Source: a virus
DNA: 35,719 bases
Virus genome (UHGV): UHGV-0071189
Direction: 5' to 3' (one strand)
Position 1 is the first letter of the stretch. Each line of letters opens with the position of its first letter. The position numbers were made by a program, and so were the translations under genes. The notes under the pieces are model-generated. The model made no database searches and was not told where the DNA came from. It saw only the letters and a list, made by a program, of their open reading frames with translations. Of the stretch, positions 28,233 through 35,719 are shown piece after piece.

Positions 28233-28377
28233 CGAAATAATATCAGATTGCTTTTTTTATATAAATAATGTGTTAATGTTATTGCTATTTGCACGTGCAT
28301 GATTAATTGTGTTGAATACTTGTTGTGTCTTGGTTTGTCGACATTGCTTATACTTATTATTAATTTTTACCCATCCA

Positions 28378-31161
28378 CTACTCTTTATTTCTATTGTTTA
28401 ACCAAGACTGTAGAAGGTCAGCTTTGCGGCGTACATGCTTTGTGGTTGCACTGATGCGTTGTGCGTGCTCTGCGTCGCGGATGGCGCGCAGCATGTCAGA
28501 AAGCACGGTAACGGGTGTTTTCATGGTGTTCTGGTCCTGCTGAAGTGTGGATGCCAGGCGTGCGGCGGCTTCAGGGTCTGATGCCCCCAGCTGTGCCAGA
28601 TAGCTGGCGACCGGGTTATGGCGGATCTCCGTGCTGCTTACGCCATGATTACGGCTCAGGCGCTGCCAGAGCTGCGTGATTCGGCTGTCCGGGCGGGTAT
28701 CCGGTTTGCGTACAATTTCAAATCCCTGCGGTGCAATGATGCTGCCGTCAACGTACAGACTGCCGCCCCGTAACAGGTGCTGCATCTGTTGTTCACCGAT
28801 ATGCAGGCCGAGAGATTCAGCAGACTCCCGCCATTCTTTAGCGAGTAATTCGTGGTTATCAGGCAAAGGCCGCTGCTGTTTGCGGCTCTGTGTCCAGCTC
28901 TGCATTTCATCACTGCTGTTTTTTGCCTGTTTGTCACGAAGCGAACGCATCAGCGCCCGGCGTTCGTGCCGTTTCAGTGAGCGCATCCATTCGTTCACTT
29001 CAACGCCGTCAGGGAGCTGCGGCCACGGTGCTGGCCGTTCTTCCGGCTGTTCTGTCCCGTTGTTGTCCGTTTCCTGTACACGGGGACAGTTATTGCCACG
29101 AGTCCAAGGGGCGGCAGGGCCGCCCTGAAGGTCAAAACCATTTTCGCGGGCGCTGTCTTCCGCTTCCGGTTTGCGTCTTACCAGCTTCCAGTTATCCGGA
29201 TGCGTGCATACGCGGGAAGACTCCCCAATGAGCGGCGACCAGATCCCGTAAATCTGTACGCTCTGTTCGCCGTAATCATTCAGCTCATCTGCGAGGTCGT
29301 AGGCGGTGCGAATCAGGTAGTCTTTGCGTGGAACAAGCACGCCACCCTGTTTCTCAATGTAGGTGGCAAAACACCCGGCATCAGCGGCAGCGAGTACCGC
29401 ATCCATTGCGTCATCCTTCAGCCGTTGCGGGCCTTCCGGGTTGCGTGCCATCTGGCTGGCAAGGCGGCGTAGTTCACGCCACACCTGACGGGAGGGGATG
29501 CCAAAGAACTGGAACTGGCGGACCCGGTGAAGGCGCGCCCAGCCGATGGCGCGCTCCACGCTCTCGGCCATTGATTTTCCGGTTTCGTGGTCAACGCGTG
29601 GCTTGCCCGTTTTCGGGTCGATGCCATCTACGGCGCGGCTGTCCAGGTTTTTTCCGATGTAGGTCGCGATATAGCTGGTTGGTGTGCCTTTTGAGCCGTC
29701 GACGTACTCCGCCTTAAAGCGCGGAGTAATATCATTACCCAGCTCGTGGCGGTCTTCCTGAATGGCAATATCGCGGGTGATGGCCACGATGCTGTCGATT
29801 TCTTCCGGATGAGCAAAGACCATCATATGCCAGTGCACGGTGCCGTCATGGTGAGGCTCCACCGTGCGGATGCCATACCAGCGAAGACCGTCGCGGTTCA
29901 GTTTTTTGCGGACTGCCGCAAAAAACGTGTTAACCAGGTAATCGCTGGAGTCGCGCATGGTGGCCCCGTTCCATTTGGGATTCGGATGACCGTTCTCTGT
30001 TGTGGCGTGGTATTTTGACGGGCAGGTGACAGTCAGAAACACCGCTTTGTCGCCACGGGCTTCGGCCAGAAGTTCCAGCCCCTTCATGGTGGCCATCATT
30101 TCTGCCTTACGGTGAACCGGGTTACTTACTCCCGCGTAATACACTGTCTCGAGATCAATCGTGAACCCGTCTTCGTTTTCCAGCATGAAACTTTTCAGGA
30201 AATCGCGTGTTTTCTCGCGCTGTGCGCGAAACTCGCTTAACGCGTCCTGGCTCAGATAGGGCGATGTTTTTCTGGAAACCAGACAGGCGGCGCGGAGTTG
30301 TTCTTCTCTCCACTCGCAACGTAACAGCCACAGTTTGCGTTTCCACCATTCCGCACAGGTCAGGCGAAGGATTGCGCCCGGCAGCAGCTCCGTGTCCGGT
30401 TCGTTCCTCCGGTCTTTGTCTGTTGTCAGTGCGTCATAATGTGGAGGTATGGCGTGCAGGTGTAACGCCATGCGGGCCAGCATCTGATACGCCTTCAGCG
30501 TTACATCCATGGTCAGTTCGCCATCAGTCGCGCCAAAGCCATCGCAGAGTTTTTCGAAGGTGCTGCTGAACATCGCCGCCGTCATGGTGGCCAGCGTCTG
30601 TATCTGGTGTTTGTTGAGCTGCGGCAGGTAAAGCAAATCGTCCAGGCGTTCGCGTCCGGCAAGGGAGCGATAACCCGGTGTCAGCCAGCGGTGATCGGTG
30701 CGGTCCAGACGTTCGAATATTTTGCGCAGGGTTCCGCGCGCGTAGCGTTCAGCCTGCCAGCTCTTTTGGCCTTTCTGGCGATCGGCTTCCTGTTTTTTGC
30801 GCAGGAAAGAGAGGTGGCGGCTCAGAGGTTCACGCAGATAAACGGGAAGCACCTTCAGTGTGGCAAAAGCACGGGCCACCGGGTCTTGTTCTGTTGCCTG
30901 ACGCTTGCTGATGATGCTTTGTGCCAGCTTTTCACGCTGTCCGGCTTCCTCAAGGGATGCCATGAGTTTTTTACCCACGGTGGATTGTGCGAAAAAGGCT
31001 TCCTCCTTCGCTTCCTGTTCTTCCAGAGCCTTTTTGTCTGCCTCAAGGTAGTAACGGATGGCGCGTTGCAGGTCGGTTTCAGTTTCCTGCCTGTGCTCCG
31101 TAAATCTGGCCGGATCAATGGCTGGCCGTGGTTCATTCCAGCTCCATGCAAACTCACTCAT
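28378..31161 (-). CDS. A: Replication initiation protein A (rolling-circle initiator/endonuclease)
   Basis: Large early protein with HWHMMVF and YIATYIGK (Y-x3-Y active-site-like) motifs; start at 31161 overlaps upstream stop (ATGA); track start 31188. Confidence 0.8.
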   Translation of the reverse strand: MSEFAWSWNEPRPAIDPARFTEHRQETETDLQRAIRYYLEADKKALEEQEAKEEAFFAQSTVGKKLMASLEEAGQREKLAQSIISKRQATEQDPVARAFATLKVLPVYLREPLSRHLSFLRKKQEADRQKGQKSWQAERYARGTLRKIFERLDRTDHRWLTPGYRSLAGRERLDDLLYLPQLNKHQIQTLATMTAAMFSSTFEKLCDGFGATDGELTMDVTLKAYQMLARMALHLHAIPPHYDALTTDKDRRNEPDTELLPGAILRLTCAEWWKRKLWLLRCEWREEQLRAACLVSRKTSPYLSQDALSEFRAQREKTRDFLKSFMLENEDGFTIDLETVYYAGVSNPVHRKAEMMATMKGLELLAEARGDKAVFLTVTCPSKYHATTENGHPNPKWNGATMRDSSDYLVNTFFAAVRKKLNRDGLRWYGIRTVEPHHDGTVHWHMMVFAHPEEIDSIVAITRDIAIQEDRHELGNDITPRFKAEYVDGSKGTPTSYIATYIGKNLDSRAVDGIDPKTGKPRVDHETGKSMAESVERAIGWARLHRVRQFQFFGIPSRQVWRELRRLASQMARNPEGPQRLKDDAMDAVLAAADAGCFATYIEKQGGVLVPRKDYLIRTAYDLADELNDYGEQSVQIYGIWSPLIGESSRVCTHPDNWKLVRRKPEAEDSARENGFDLQGGPAAPWTRGNNCPRVQETDNNGTEQPEERPAPWPQLPDGVEVNEWMRSLKRHERRALMRSLRDKQAKNSSDEMQSWTQSRKQQRPLPDNHELLAKEWRESAESLGLHIGEQQMQHLLRGGSLYVDGSIIAPQGFEIVRKPDTRPDSRITQLWQRLSRNHGVSSTEIRHNPVASYLAQLGASDPEAAARLASTLQQDQNTMKTPVTVLSDMLRAIRDAEHAQRISATTKHVRRKADLLQSWLNNRNKE

Positions 31162-31547
31162 GGCTGGTATCCCGTCACGCGCTGCCACTCCTGCGAGAAG
31201 AGGGCAGAAAGGCGGTTAAATTCAGCGGTGTATTCACTCAGCGAGGCACACCCGCCAGCAGTGCGATGCGCCAGCATTGCCGCAAATACGGAGGCCGGGG
31301 AGTCGTAATACGCCAGCAGTGATTCTCCGTGTGGTGTCAGGCAGTGCAACGCCAGCCCGTGTGGTGTGAAGTCCACGCGGTAGCAGTCGTCTACTGTGAA
31401 ATAAAGGGTGTCTGCATTCTCCGGTTTTGTGGTGCGTGCTCTGTTGTCACGACCACGGATGTAGAGATCAAATAATCGCTGAAGAACGGGAGCCAGACGG
31501 GTGTCCTGTGTGCGCACCCATCTTGTGAAGTCATGAGCGTCAATCAT
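31158..31547 (-). CDS. Hypothetical early protein (129 aa)
   Basis: ORF translationally coupled to A; no recognisable motif. Confidence 0.5.
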   Translation of the reverse strand: MIDAHDFTRWVRTQDTRLAPVLQRLFDLYIRGRDNRARTTKPENADTLYFTVDDCYRVDFTPHGLALHCLTPHGESLLAYYDSPASVFAAMLAHRTAGGCASLSEYTAEFNRLSALFSQEWQRVTGYQP

Positions 31548-31655
31548 GCTGCAATTCTCTCTACTAAGGATGTGCGAAGGCTTCCTGCCAAAAAACTCAG
31601 AAGCGGTCGGTTACAGAAATTGGCGTTCTACGAGTAGTTATTGCTGGCTTGAGGT

Positions 31656-31874
31656 TCATTTCTGTTTAATTCCGTGCATGCTGTAGAAGAAATCAAAAGT
31701 GTTATCTATGCGTATCATGAGCTCACGCTGCATCGCTTCTGGTGTTTCTGGTTCACCTGGTGAGCCAACTCCCGCGAAGAAATCACCGATCTCGCTTTGA
31801 ATAAGTGCCTTTAGCGTTGCTGAGGAATTCAGGTGTGTGCGGTGATGTCTGCGAGTGATTCTTCTCCTGCTCAT
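31656..31874 (-). CDS. Hypothetical early protein (72 aa)
   Basis: ORF in early operon; start overlaps upstream stop (ATGA). Confidence 0.45.
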   Translation of the reverse strand: MSRRRITRRHHRTHLNSSATLKALIQSEIGDFFAGVGSPGEPETPEAMQRELMIRIDNTFDFFYSMHGIKQK

Positions 31875-32074
31875 TTACGTGAATCCTGTACCTGTCGGAT
31901 AAGATTCACCCGCGCCACATTAGTGGCGCAGAAGTAAGTACCGTCAGTGAGATAGATGTGGTGTGCATCCTTTTCTGAGCGGTGTTTGTCGATTGTGGTA
32001 ATCAGGCGTTCGTCGACTTCGTATTCACGTCCTCTGGAAGTGAAACGAACGACAGGAAAATGCTTAATTGCCAT
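31871..32074 (-). CDS. Hypothetical early protein (67 aa)
   Basis: ORF in early operon, same strand chain. Confidence 0.45.
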   Translation of the reverse strand: MAIKHFPVVRFTSRGREYEVDERLITTIDKHRSEKDAHHIYLTDGTYFCATNVARVNLIRQVQDSRK

Positions 32075-32161
32075 TACGCCTCCTGGGCGTGTGCGAATAC
32101 CTCCGCGAATGCGGATTGTTTTTACATTTTCTTATTTAACCTAGGGTTTTTATTTGCGCTG

Positions 32162-32275
32162 TTATTCGCCAGTGAAAAAGCGTTCAATCTTTTTTACTGA
32201 ATGAATAATTTGCATAATCCCAATGGCGCAGACCACCGAAATAATCAGAACAAGCCATGAGATAAATATACTCAT
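32162..32275 (-). CDS. Small hydrophobic peptide (37 aa, MSIFISWLVLIISVVCAIGIMQIIHSVKKIERFFTGE)
   Basis: Own translation; start ATG overlaps stop of the upstream 80-aa ORF (ATGA); single predicted TM helix. Confidence 0.3.
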   Translation of the reverse strand: MSIFISWLVLIISVVCAIGIMQIIHSVKKIERFFTGE

Positions 32276-32514
32276 GCAATATTCCCCAGCTTATACGGTT
32301 CAATATGCTCCCCGCATTCTGCGGCACAGATCAGCTCGGAAAGTTCGTTAAGTGCATCCAGATCATCAGCGTAAAAAGCCACGTCATACAGACTCCGGAT
32401 TGCCCTGGTCAATGAGTCACGGGCTGCACGTTCAGCATGAGCACCTGATGCACTTAAGCGAAAATAAAAACGCTCAAGTGCTTTGTTAATGAGAGTTTTA
32501 TATTCTTTGCCCAT
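32272..32514 (-). CDS. Hypothetical early protein (80 aa)
   Basis: ORF in early operon. Confidence 0.5.
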   Translation of the reverse strand: MGKEYKTLINKALERFYFRLSASGAHAERAARDSLTRAIRSLYDVAFYADDLDALNELSELICAAECGEHIEPYKLGNIA

Positions 32515-32525
32515 CGCAACGCCCT

Positions 32526-32804
32526 TTAATCTGCTTTCTGAATTTCAGCTTCTGAATCCATACAAATAATTTCGATATAGGGTTCATCGCCATTAATCTT
32601 ACGTGCTTTTTCAGCTTCGCTAATGATTCCGTGTACAGTCTGGTACGGAAGTTCTACGGTCAGGCGCGTGCCGTTCAGATAAACGTAAGTAGCTGCATTT
32701 TTTTCTGATGGGACAACTCCATCAATAGCTGATGCGCGCAATAACAGTTCACCGCGAAAATCAATAAAACGGATAAATACACCTTGTGCATGCTCTTTGA
32801 TCAT
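32526..32804 (-). CDS. Hypothetical early protein (92 aa from internal ATG with AGGTG RBS)
   Basis: Track ORF 32526..32903 trimmed to the ATG at 32804, which has a good RBS and avoids overlap with the upstream gene. Confidence 0.45.
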   Translation of the reverse strand: MIKEHAQGVFIRFIDFRGELLLRASAIDGVVPSEKNAATYVYLNGTRLTVELPYQTVHGIISEAEKARKINGDEPYIEIICMDSEAEIQKAD

Positions 32805-32814
32805 AACGCACCTG

Positions 32815-33153
32815 TTATAAATCAGTCTGTTTAATAAAACTTTGCCCGCGAAGCAGACGATCAACCGTGCGAAGTGCTTCGTACAATGTGAAATCCTGTC
32901 CAAACTGATTGTCGCCGTTGCTCAGAGCAAAAATGCGGTTTCCGGTAAATGGGTTGCGTTGGCATCTCTGAACCACGATTCCAGCTTTTTCAATCAGCCA
33001 GGTGTGTTCGCCAATTTGTTTTACTGTGTGGCCATCAGGTGTTGCGTGCGTCTCGCTCAGGCTGTAGCGGATGTTGCTGCGTGATGCGTTGGTAGCGAAA
33101 TGGTTAGCGTGGCGTTCTGTTCCGGTACGAAAATTACGGCGTTGCTTCAGCAT
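32815..33153 (-). CDS. Hypothetical early protein (112 aa)
   Basis: ORF in early operon downstream of cox-like gene. Confidence 0.45.
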   Translation of the reverse strand: MLKQRRNFRTGTERHANHFATNASRSNIRYSLSETHATPDGHTVKQIGEHTWLIEKAGIVVQRCQRNPFTGNRIFALSNGDNQFGQDFTLYEALRTVDRLLRGQSFIKQTDL

Positions 33154-33167
33154 AAAATGACACCTCG

Positions 33168-33446
33168 TTATTTTGTCATCTGCACGTATTTCTCTGCGCT
33201 CCTGATTGTTTTCAGGAAAAGAGCGAAAAGATTTACTGTGCGTCTTGAGTTCTTTTCATCTTGGTTGATGGGAATTGAACCTCTGTCAGCCTGTCTTTTC
33301 ACTGTGTTAACAGCTTGGTTGGTACGCTTTGCGTAATCTTTCAGGCTTTCTTCGAGTACCGGTAATCCATGCTCATCGCGGTATGGGTAGAACGCCGCCA
33401 AACGCTCAAAATCCGCTTGCTCGTATGTGTTCAAGAGCTTTGTCAT
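33168..33446 (-). CDS. cox: Cox-like early regulator (excisionase / lysogeny-lysis switch protein)
   Basis: 92 aa (P2 Cox is 91 aa), first gene of the early operon, divergent from repressor C. Confidence 0.6.
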   Translation of the reverse strand: MTKLLNTYEQADFERLAAFYPYRDEHGLPVLEESLKDYAKRTNQAVNTVKRQADRGSIPINQDEKNSRRTVNLFALFLKTIRSAEKYVQMTK

Positions 33447-33482
33447 GATGTGATAACCTGTTCAGTCTGTGGTTATTTGTTG

Positions 33483-33510
33483 CTAAAAGTCGTCTATAGG
33501 CGACTTTTAG
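33483..33510. promoter_or_regulatory. Candidate operator: inverted repeat CTAAAAGTCG-N8-CGACTTTTAG in the divergent cox/C promoter region
   Basis: 10-bp perfect inverted repeat seen directly; a further AGTCGTCT half-site at 33520..33527. Confidence 0.45.
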
Positions 33511-33537
33511 GGTTAATTTAGTCGTCTGGAGACCACC

Positions 33538-33849
33538 ATGTCAAGTGGGTACGAAAAAAAACTGAAAGAGATACGGAAAAGTGAAGGGTTAACTCAAGCT
33601 GAGTTTGCTGATGTTACTGGGATAAATCTCGGAACTATAAAGAATTATGAGAGCGGTAAAAGAGAGGTTGGTTTAAGCGTTGTTGATCGCGTAATTAATT
33701 CTAAGGATTTCGAAAAATACACTATATGGCTTATGACGGGAAAAACAAATGAGGCTGCTGGGCAGATCAGTCCCTCTCTCTCCCCTGATGGGCCAGAAAA
33801 CACATCGTCTTCTCAAAAATCCCGCAAGACTGGTACACAGCCCGGCTAA
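33538..33849 (+). CDS. C: Immunity repressor C (XRE-family HTH)
   Basis: LTQAEFADVTGINLGTIKNYESG helix-turn-helix; 103 aa; upstream of int; GGAGA RBS. Confidence 0.8.
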   Translation: MSSGYEKKLKEIRKSEGLTQAEFADVTGINLGTIKNYESGKREVGLSVVDRVINSKDFEKYTIWLMTGKTNEAAGQISPSLSPDGPENTSSSQKSRKTGTQPG

Positions 33850-33898
33850 TCATGGAACGCTGGGGGCATGGTGGTCTTGTAACGCTGGGGTTTCACGA

Positions 33899-34870
33899 AT
33901 GAGCATAAAATCAATTCCGGGAGGGTATCTTCTTGACATGCGCCCTGAGGGGCGTAAAGGCAAACGCATCCGCAAAAAATTTAAAACGAAATCGGATGCA
34001 GTTTTATATGAGCGGTGGGTGTTGGCGCAACAGCATAACAATGAGTGGAAAGGAAACTCTATTGATCGCCGTCCTCTGTCAGTGCTTATTGACTTGTGGT
34101 GGAAATACCACGGCCAGCTAATGAAGTCAGGGCATAACACGCGCCTTAAATTGCTGCGCTTGAGTGAGGCAATGGATGACCCGTGCGTGCATAAACTTAA
34201 TACAACAATGCTCACCGAGCTACGTGTGTCCAGGATAGAGCAGGGGATACAGCCCAGCACCATAAATCGAGAGATTGGGGCGTTAAGCGCGATGTTTACC
34301 GCACTCATCTCATCCGGCCATTTTCTTAATGATAACCCCGTTCAAGGCCTTAAAGGAATGAAGGTTAACGAGCGTGAAATGGGATATCTGAGTAAGTCTG
34401 AATGTGTTCAGTTGCTGGATGCACTGGCTGAAAATCCCGATGAACGGCTGGCTGTCGAAATCCTTCTGTCGACCGGGGCGCGATGGGGCGAGGTAGCGGC
34501 ACTGGAGCAACGCCGCGTTCTGCATTGTCGAATCACTTTTTCAAAAACGAAGAACAGCAAAAACCGTACCGTTCCTATTTCTGAAAGCCTGTTTGAAAAG
34601 ATCAAAAAACGGGGCGGGAAACTGGTGTTTCCGACGCTGGATTATCCATTGGTTCGCGATGTCATCAAAACGGTCGCACCTGATGTTCCTGACGGCCAGG
34701 CTGTTCATGCGCTGCGCCACACCTTCGCCAGTCATTTCATGATGAACGGCGGCAATATTCTGACGCTCCAGAAAATTCTGGGGCACGCAAAGATTCAGAC
34801 AACGATGATTTATGCCCATCTTGCGCCGGATTACCTGCAGGATGCGGTGAGATTTAATCCAATAGCTTGA
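33899..34870 (+). CDS. int: Tyrosine integrase
   Basis: ARWGE...HALRHTFAS...LGHAKIQTTMIYAHL catalytic motifs; start placed at ATG 33899 downstream of C (track ORF starts 33749). Confidence 0.85.
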   Translation: MSIKSIPGGYLLDMRPEGRKGKRIRKKFKTKSDAVLYERWVLAQQHNNEWKGNSIDRRPLSVLIDLWWKYHGQLMKSGHNTRLKLLRLSEAMDDPCVHKLNTTMLTELRVSRIEQGIQPSTINREIGALSAMFTALISSGHFLNDNPVQGLKGMKVNEREMGYLSKSECVQLLDALAENPDERLAVEILLSTGARWGEVAALEQRRVLHCRITFSKTKNSKNRTVPISESLFEKIKKRGGKLVFPTLDYPLVRDVIKTVAPDVPDGQAVHALRHTFASHFMMNGGNILTLQKILGHAKIQTTMIYAHLAPDYLQDAVRFNPIA

Positions 34871-34880
34871 AGGTAGGAAA

Positions 34881-35264
34881 ATGAAAGATATTGAACATTC
34901 AGGGGACATGGAAAAGAAAAAACGGGAGTTTATTAAAAAACTGGAATCGATAACGCCAAGAGAATTCTTCCGTTTTTTAAATGAAAAAAACGTCACTGTG
35001 GTTTGCCCTGGGTGCGGGCTGAAAGATACCCAGATAACTGCCACTACAGGTAAGTTAAATCTCCAACAACTCCTGGATGGTGAAAAAGGGGAAGAGTTTA
35101 TGACGTACTTCAGGCTTGAACCAGGTCACCCAGGTGATAGTGATGCGAATTATTACTACAAATCTTTTTGTGAGAACTGTGGTTATATAACTATGCATGC
35201 AGTGACTCCGGTATTGAACTGGCTGGGATCGCAAAAAAACCAGGAAGGGTCAGGTGATGAATGA
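34881..35264 (+). CDS. Cargo protein, 127 aa, zinc-ribbon-like (CPGCG ... CENCG)
   Basis: Two CxxC pairs; AGGTAGGA RBS; sits between int and attR. Confidence 0.5.
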   Translation: MKDIEHSGDMEKKKREFIKKLESITPREFFRFLNEKNVTVVCPGCGLKDTQITATTGKLNLQQLLDGEKGEEFMTYFRLEPGHPGDSDANYYYKSFCENCGYITMHAVTPVLNWLGSQKNQEGSGDE

Positions 35265-35556
35265 GTATACTTATATCACGGGTTTTTCCATTCCGTATCC
35301 AGGAGGAATTCAGGTGAGCAATCGCAGAAGTCAGGCAAGTCGTGATGAGTTCGCTCTTGATAGCCGTGTTGCACGAATGGAGTCTGATATCTCATACATC
35401 AAGAGAGATATTGAAGAGCTGAAGAGCGATCTCAAGGATGTGAGAGGCGATATTGATAAGATACGCACAACAGATTTCAGGATCATGTTTGGTGCGTTGA
35501 TTACTACAGCCTTGGGGTTAGCTGGCTTAATGGCGAGAGGTTTTCACTGGATTTAA
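35254..35556 (+). CDS. Cargo protein, 100 aa, coiled-coil with C-terminal TM anchor (XhlA-like architecture)
   Basis: Heptad-like segment DISYIKRDIEELKSDLKDVRGDIDKI followed by hydrophobic FGALITTALGLAGLMA; overlaps upstream gene by 11 nt. Confidence 0.45.
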   Translation: MMNEYTYITGFSIPYPGGIQVSNRRSQASRDEFALDSRVARMESDISYIKRDIEELKSDLKDVRGDIDKIRTTDFRIMFGALITTALGLAGLMARGFHWI

Positions 35557-35664
35557 GATCCACAAAGTGACCACATCTCTGTTATTTGTTGTGGTTGGCT
35601 GTGTTTTTGTGTGTCTGTAAGCCTTTGATAATTATATAACTTATTGATTTTTGTTTGTGTTTAT

Positions 35665-35689
35665 GGCCGCTCTGCGGCCTTTTTTCTTT
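35665..35689. repeat. attR core: second copy of the 25-bp direct repeat
   Basis: Exact match to 31..55. Confidence 0.7.
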
Positions 35690-35719
35690 TCACTGTCGAA
35701 GAGTCACCGTAAAATCAAC

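Larger units (their letters stand above)
31..35689. mobile_element. P2-like prophage (integrated temperate myovirus), bounded by 25-bp direct repeats
   Basis: P2-type gene content and order (ogr, D, FI-U, H-V, lysis, L-O, P, Q, A, cox, C, int); identical 25-bp repeat at both ends; integrase adjacent to right repeat. Confidence 0.8.

Noticed and set aside
1-35719. CRISPR arrays, tRNA/tmRNA and rRNA genes
   Set aside because: No regularly spaced direct repeats and no cloverleaf-like tRNA signatures noticed at the att sites or elsewhere; the att core is a terminator hairpin, not a tRNA 3' end

Overview
The window is an almost complete P2-like (Peduovirus-type) temperate myovirus prophage, bounded by a perfect 25-bp direct repeat (31..55 and 35665..35689) that I read as attL/attR. 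All gene calls rest on my own reading of the translated ORFs and motifs; no database search was run. Recognisable backbone: ogr; tail genes D, FI, FII, E/E' (with a -1 frameshift), T, U; a Gin/Hin-family invertase with a Mu-G-segment-like invertible tail-fibre cassette; H, G, I, J, W, V, S, R; the lysis cassette (Rz/Rz1, M15 endolysin, holin); X, L, M, N, O; terminase P and portal Q; replication gene A with a chain of small early ORFs; cox-like gene, C repressor and a tyrosine integrase. Four AT-rich cargo insertions sit on this backbone: (1) a tight three-gene operon (25660..28167) at the position of the P2 tin/old locus, which is my best candidate for an undescribed defence system; (2) a 389-aa protein between ogr and D that I tentatively assign to DUF3800; (3) a hok/mok-type type I toxin locus next to attL; (4) two small genes between int and attR. 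The FI-U tail block is on the opposite strand to the other late operons, unlike canonical P2. No rRNA, tRNA or CRISPR array was seen.
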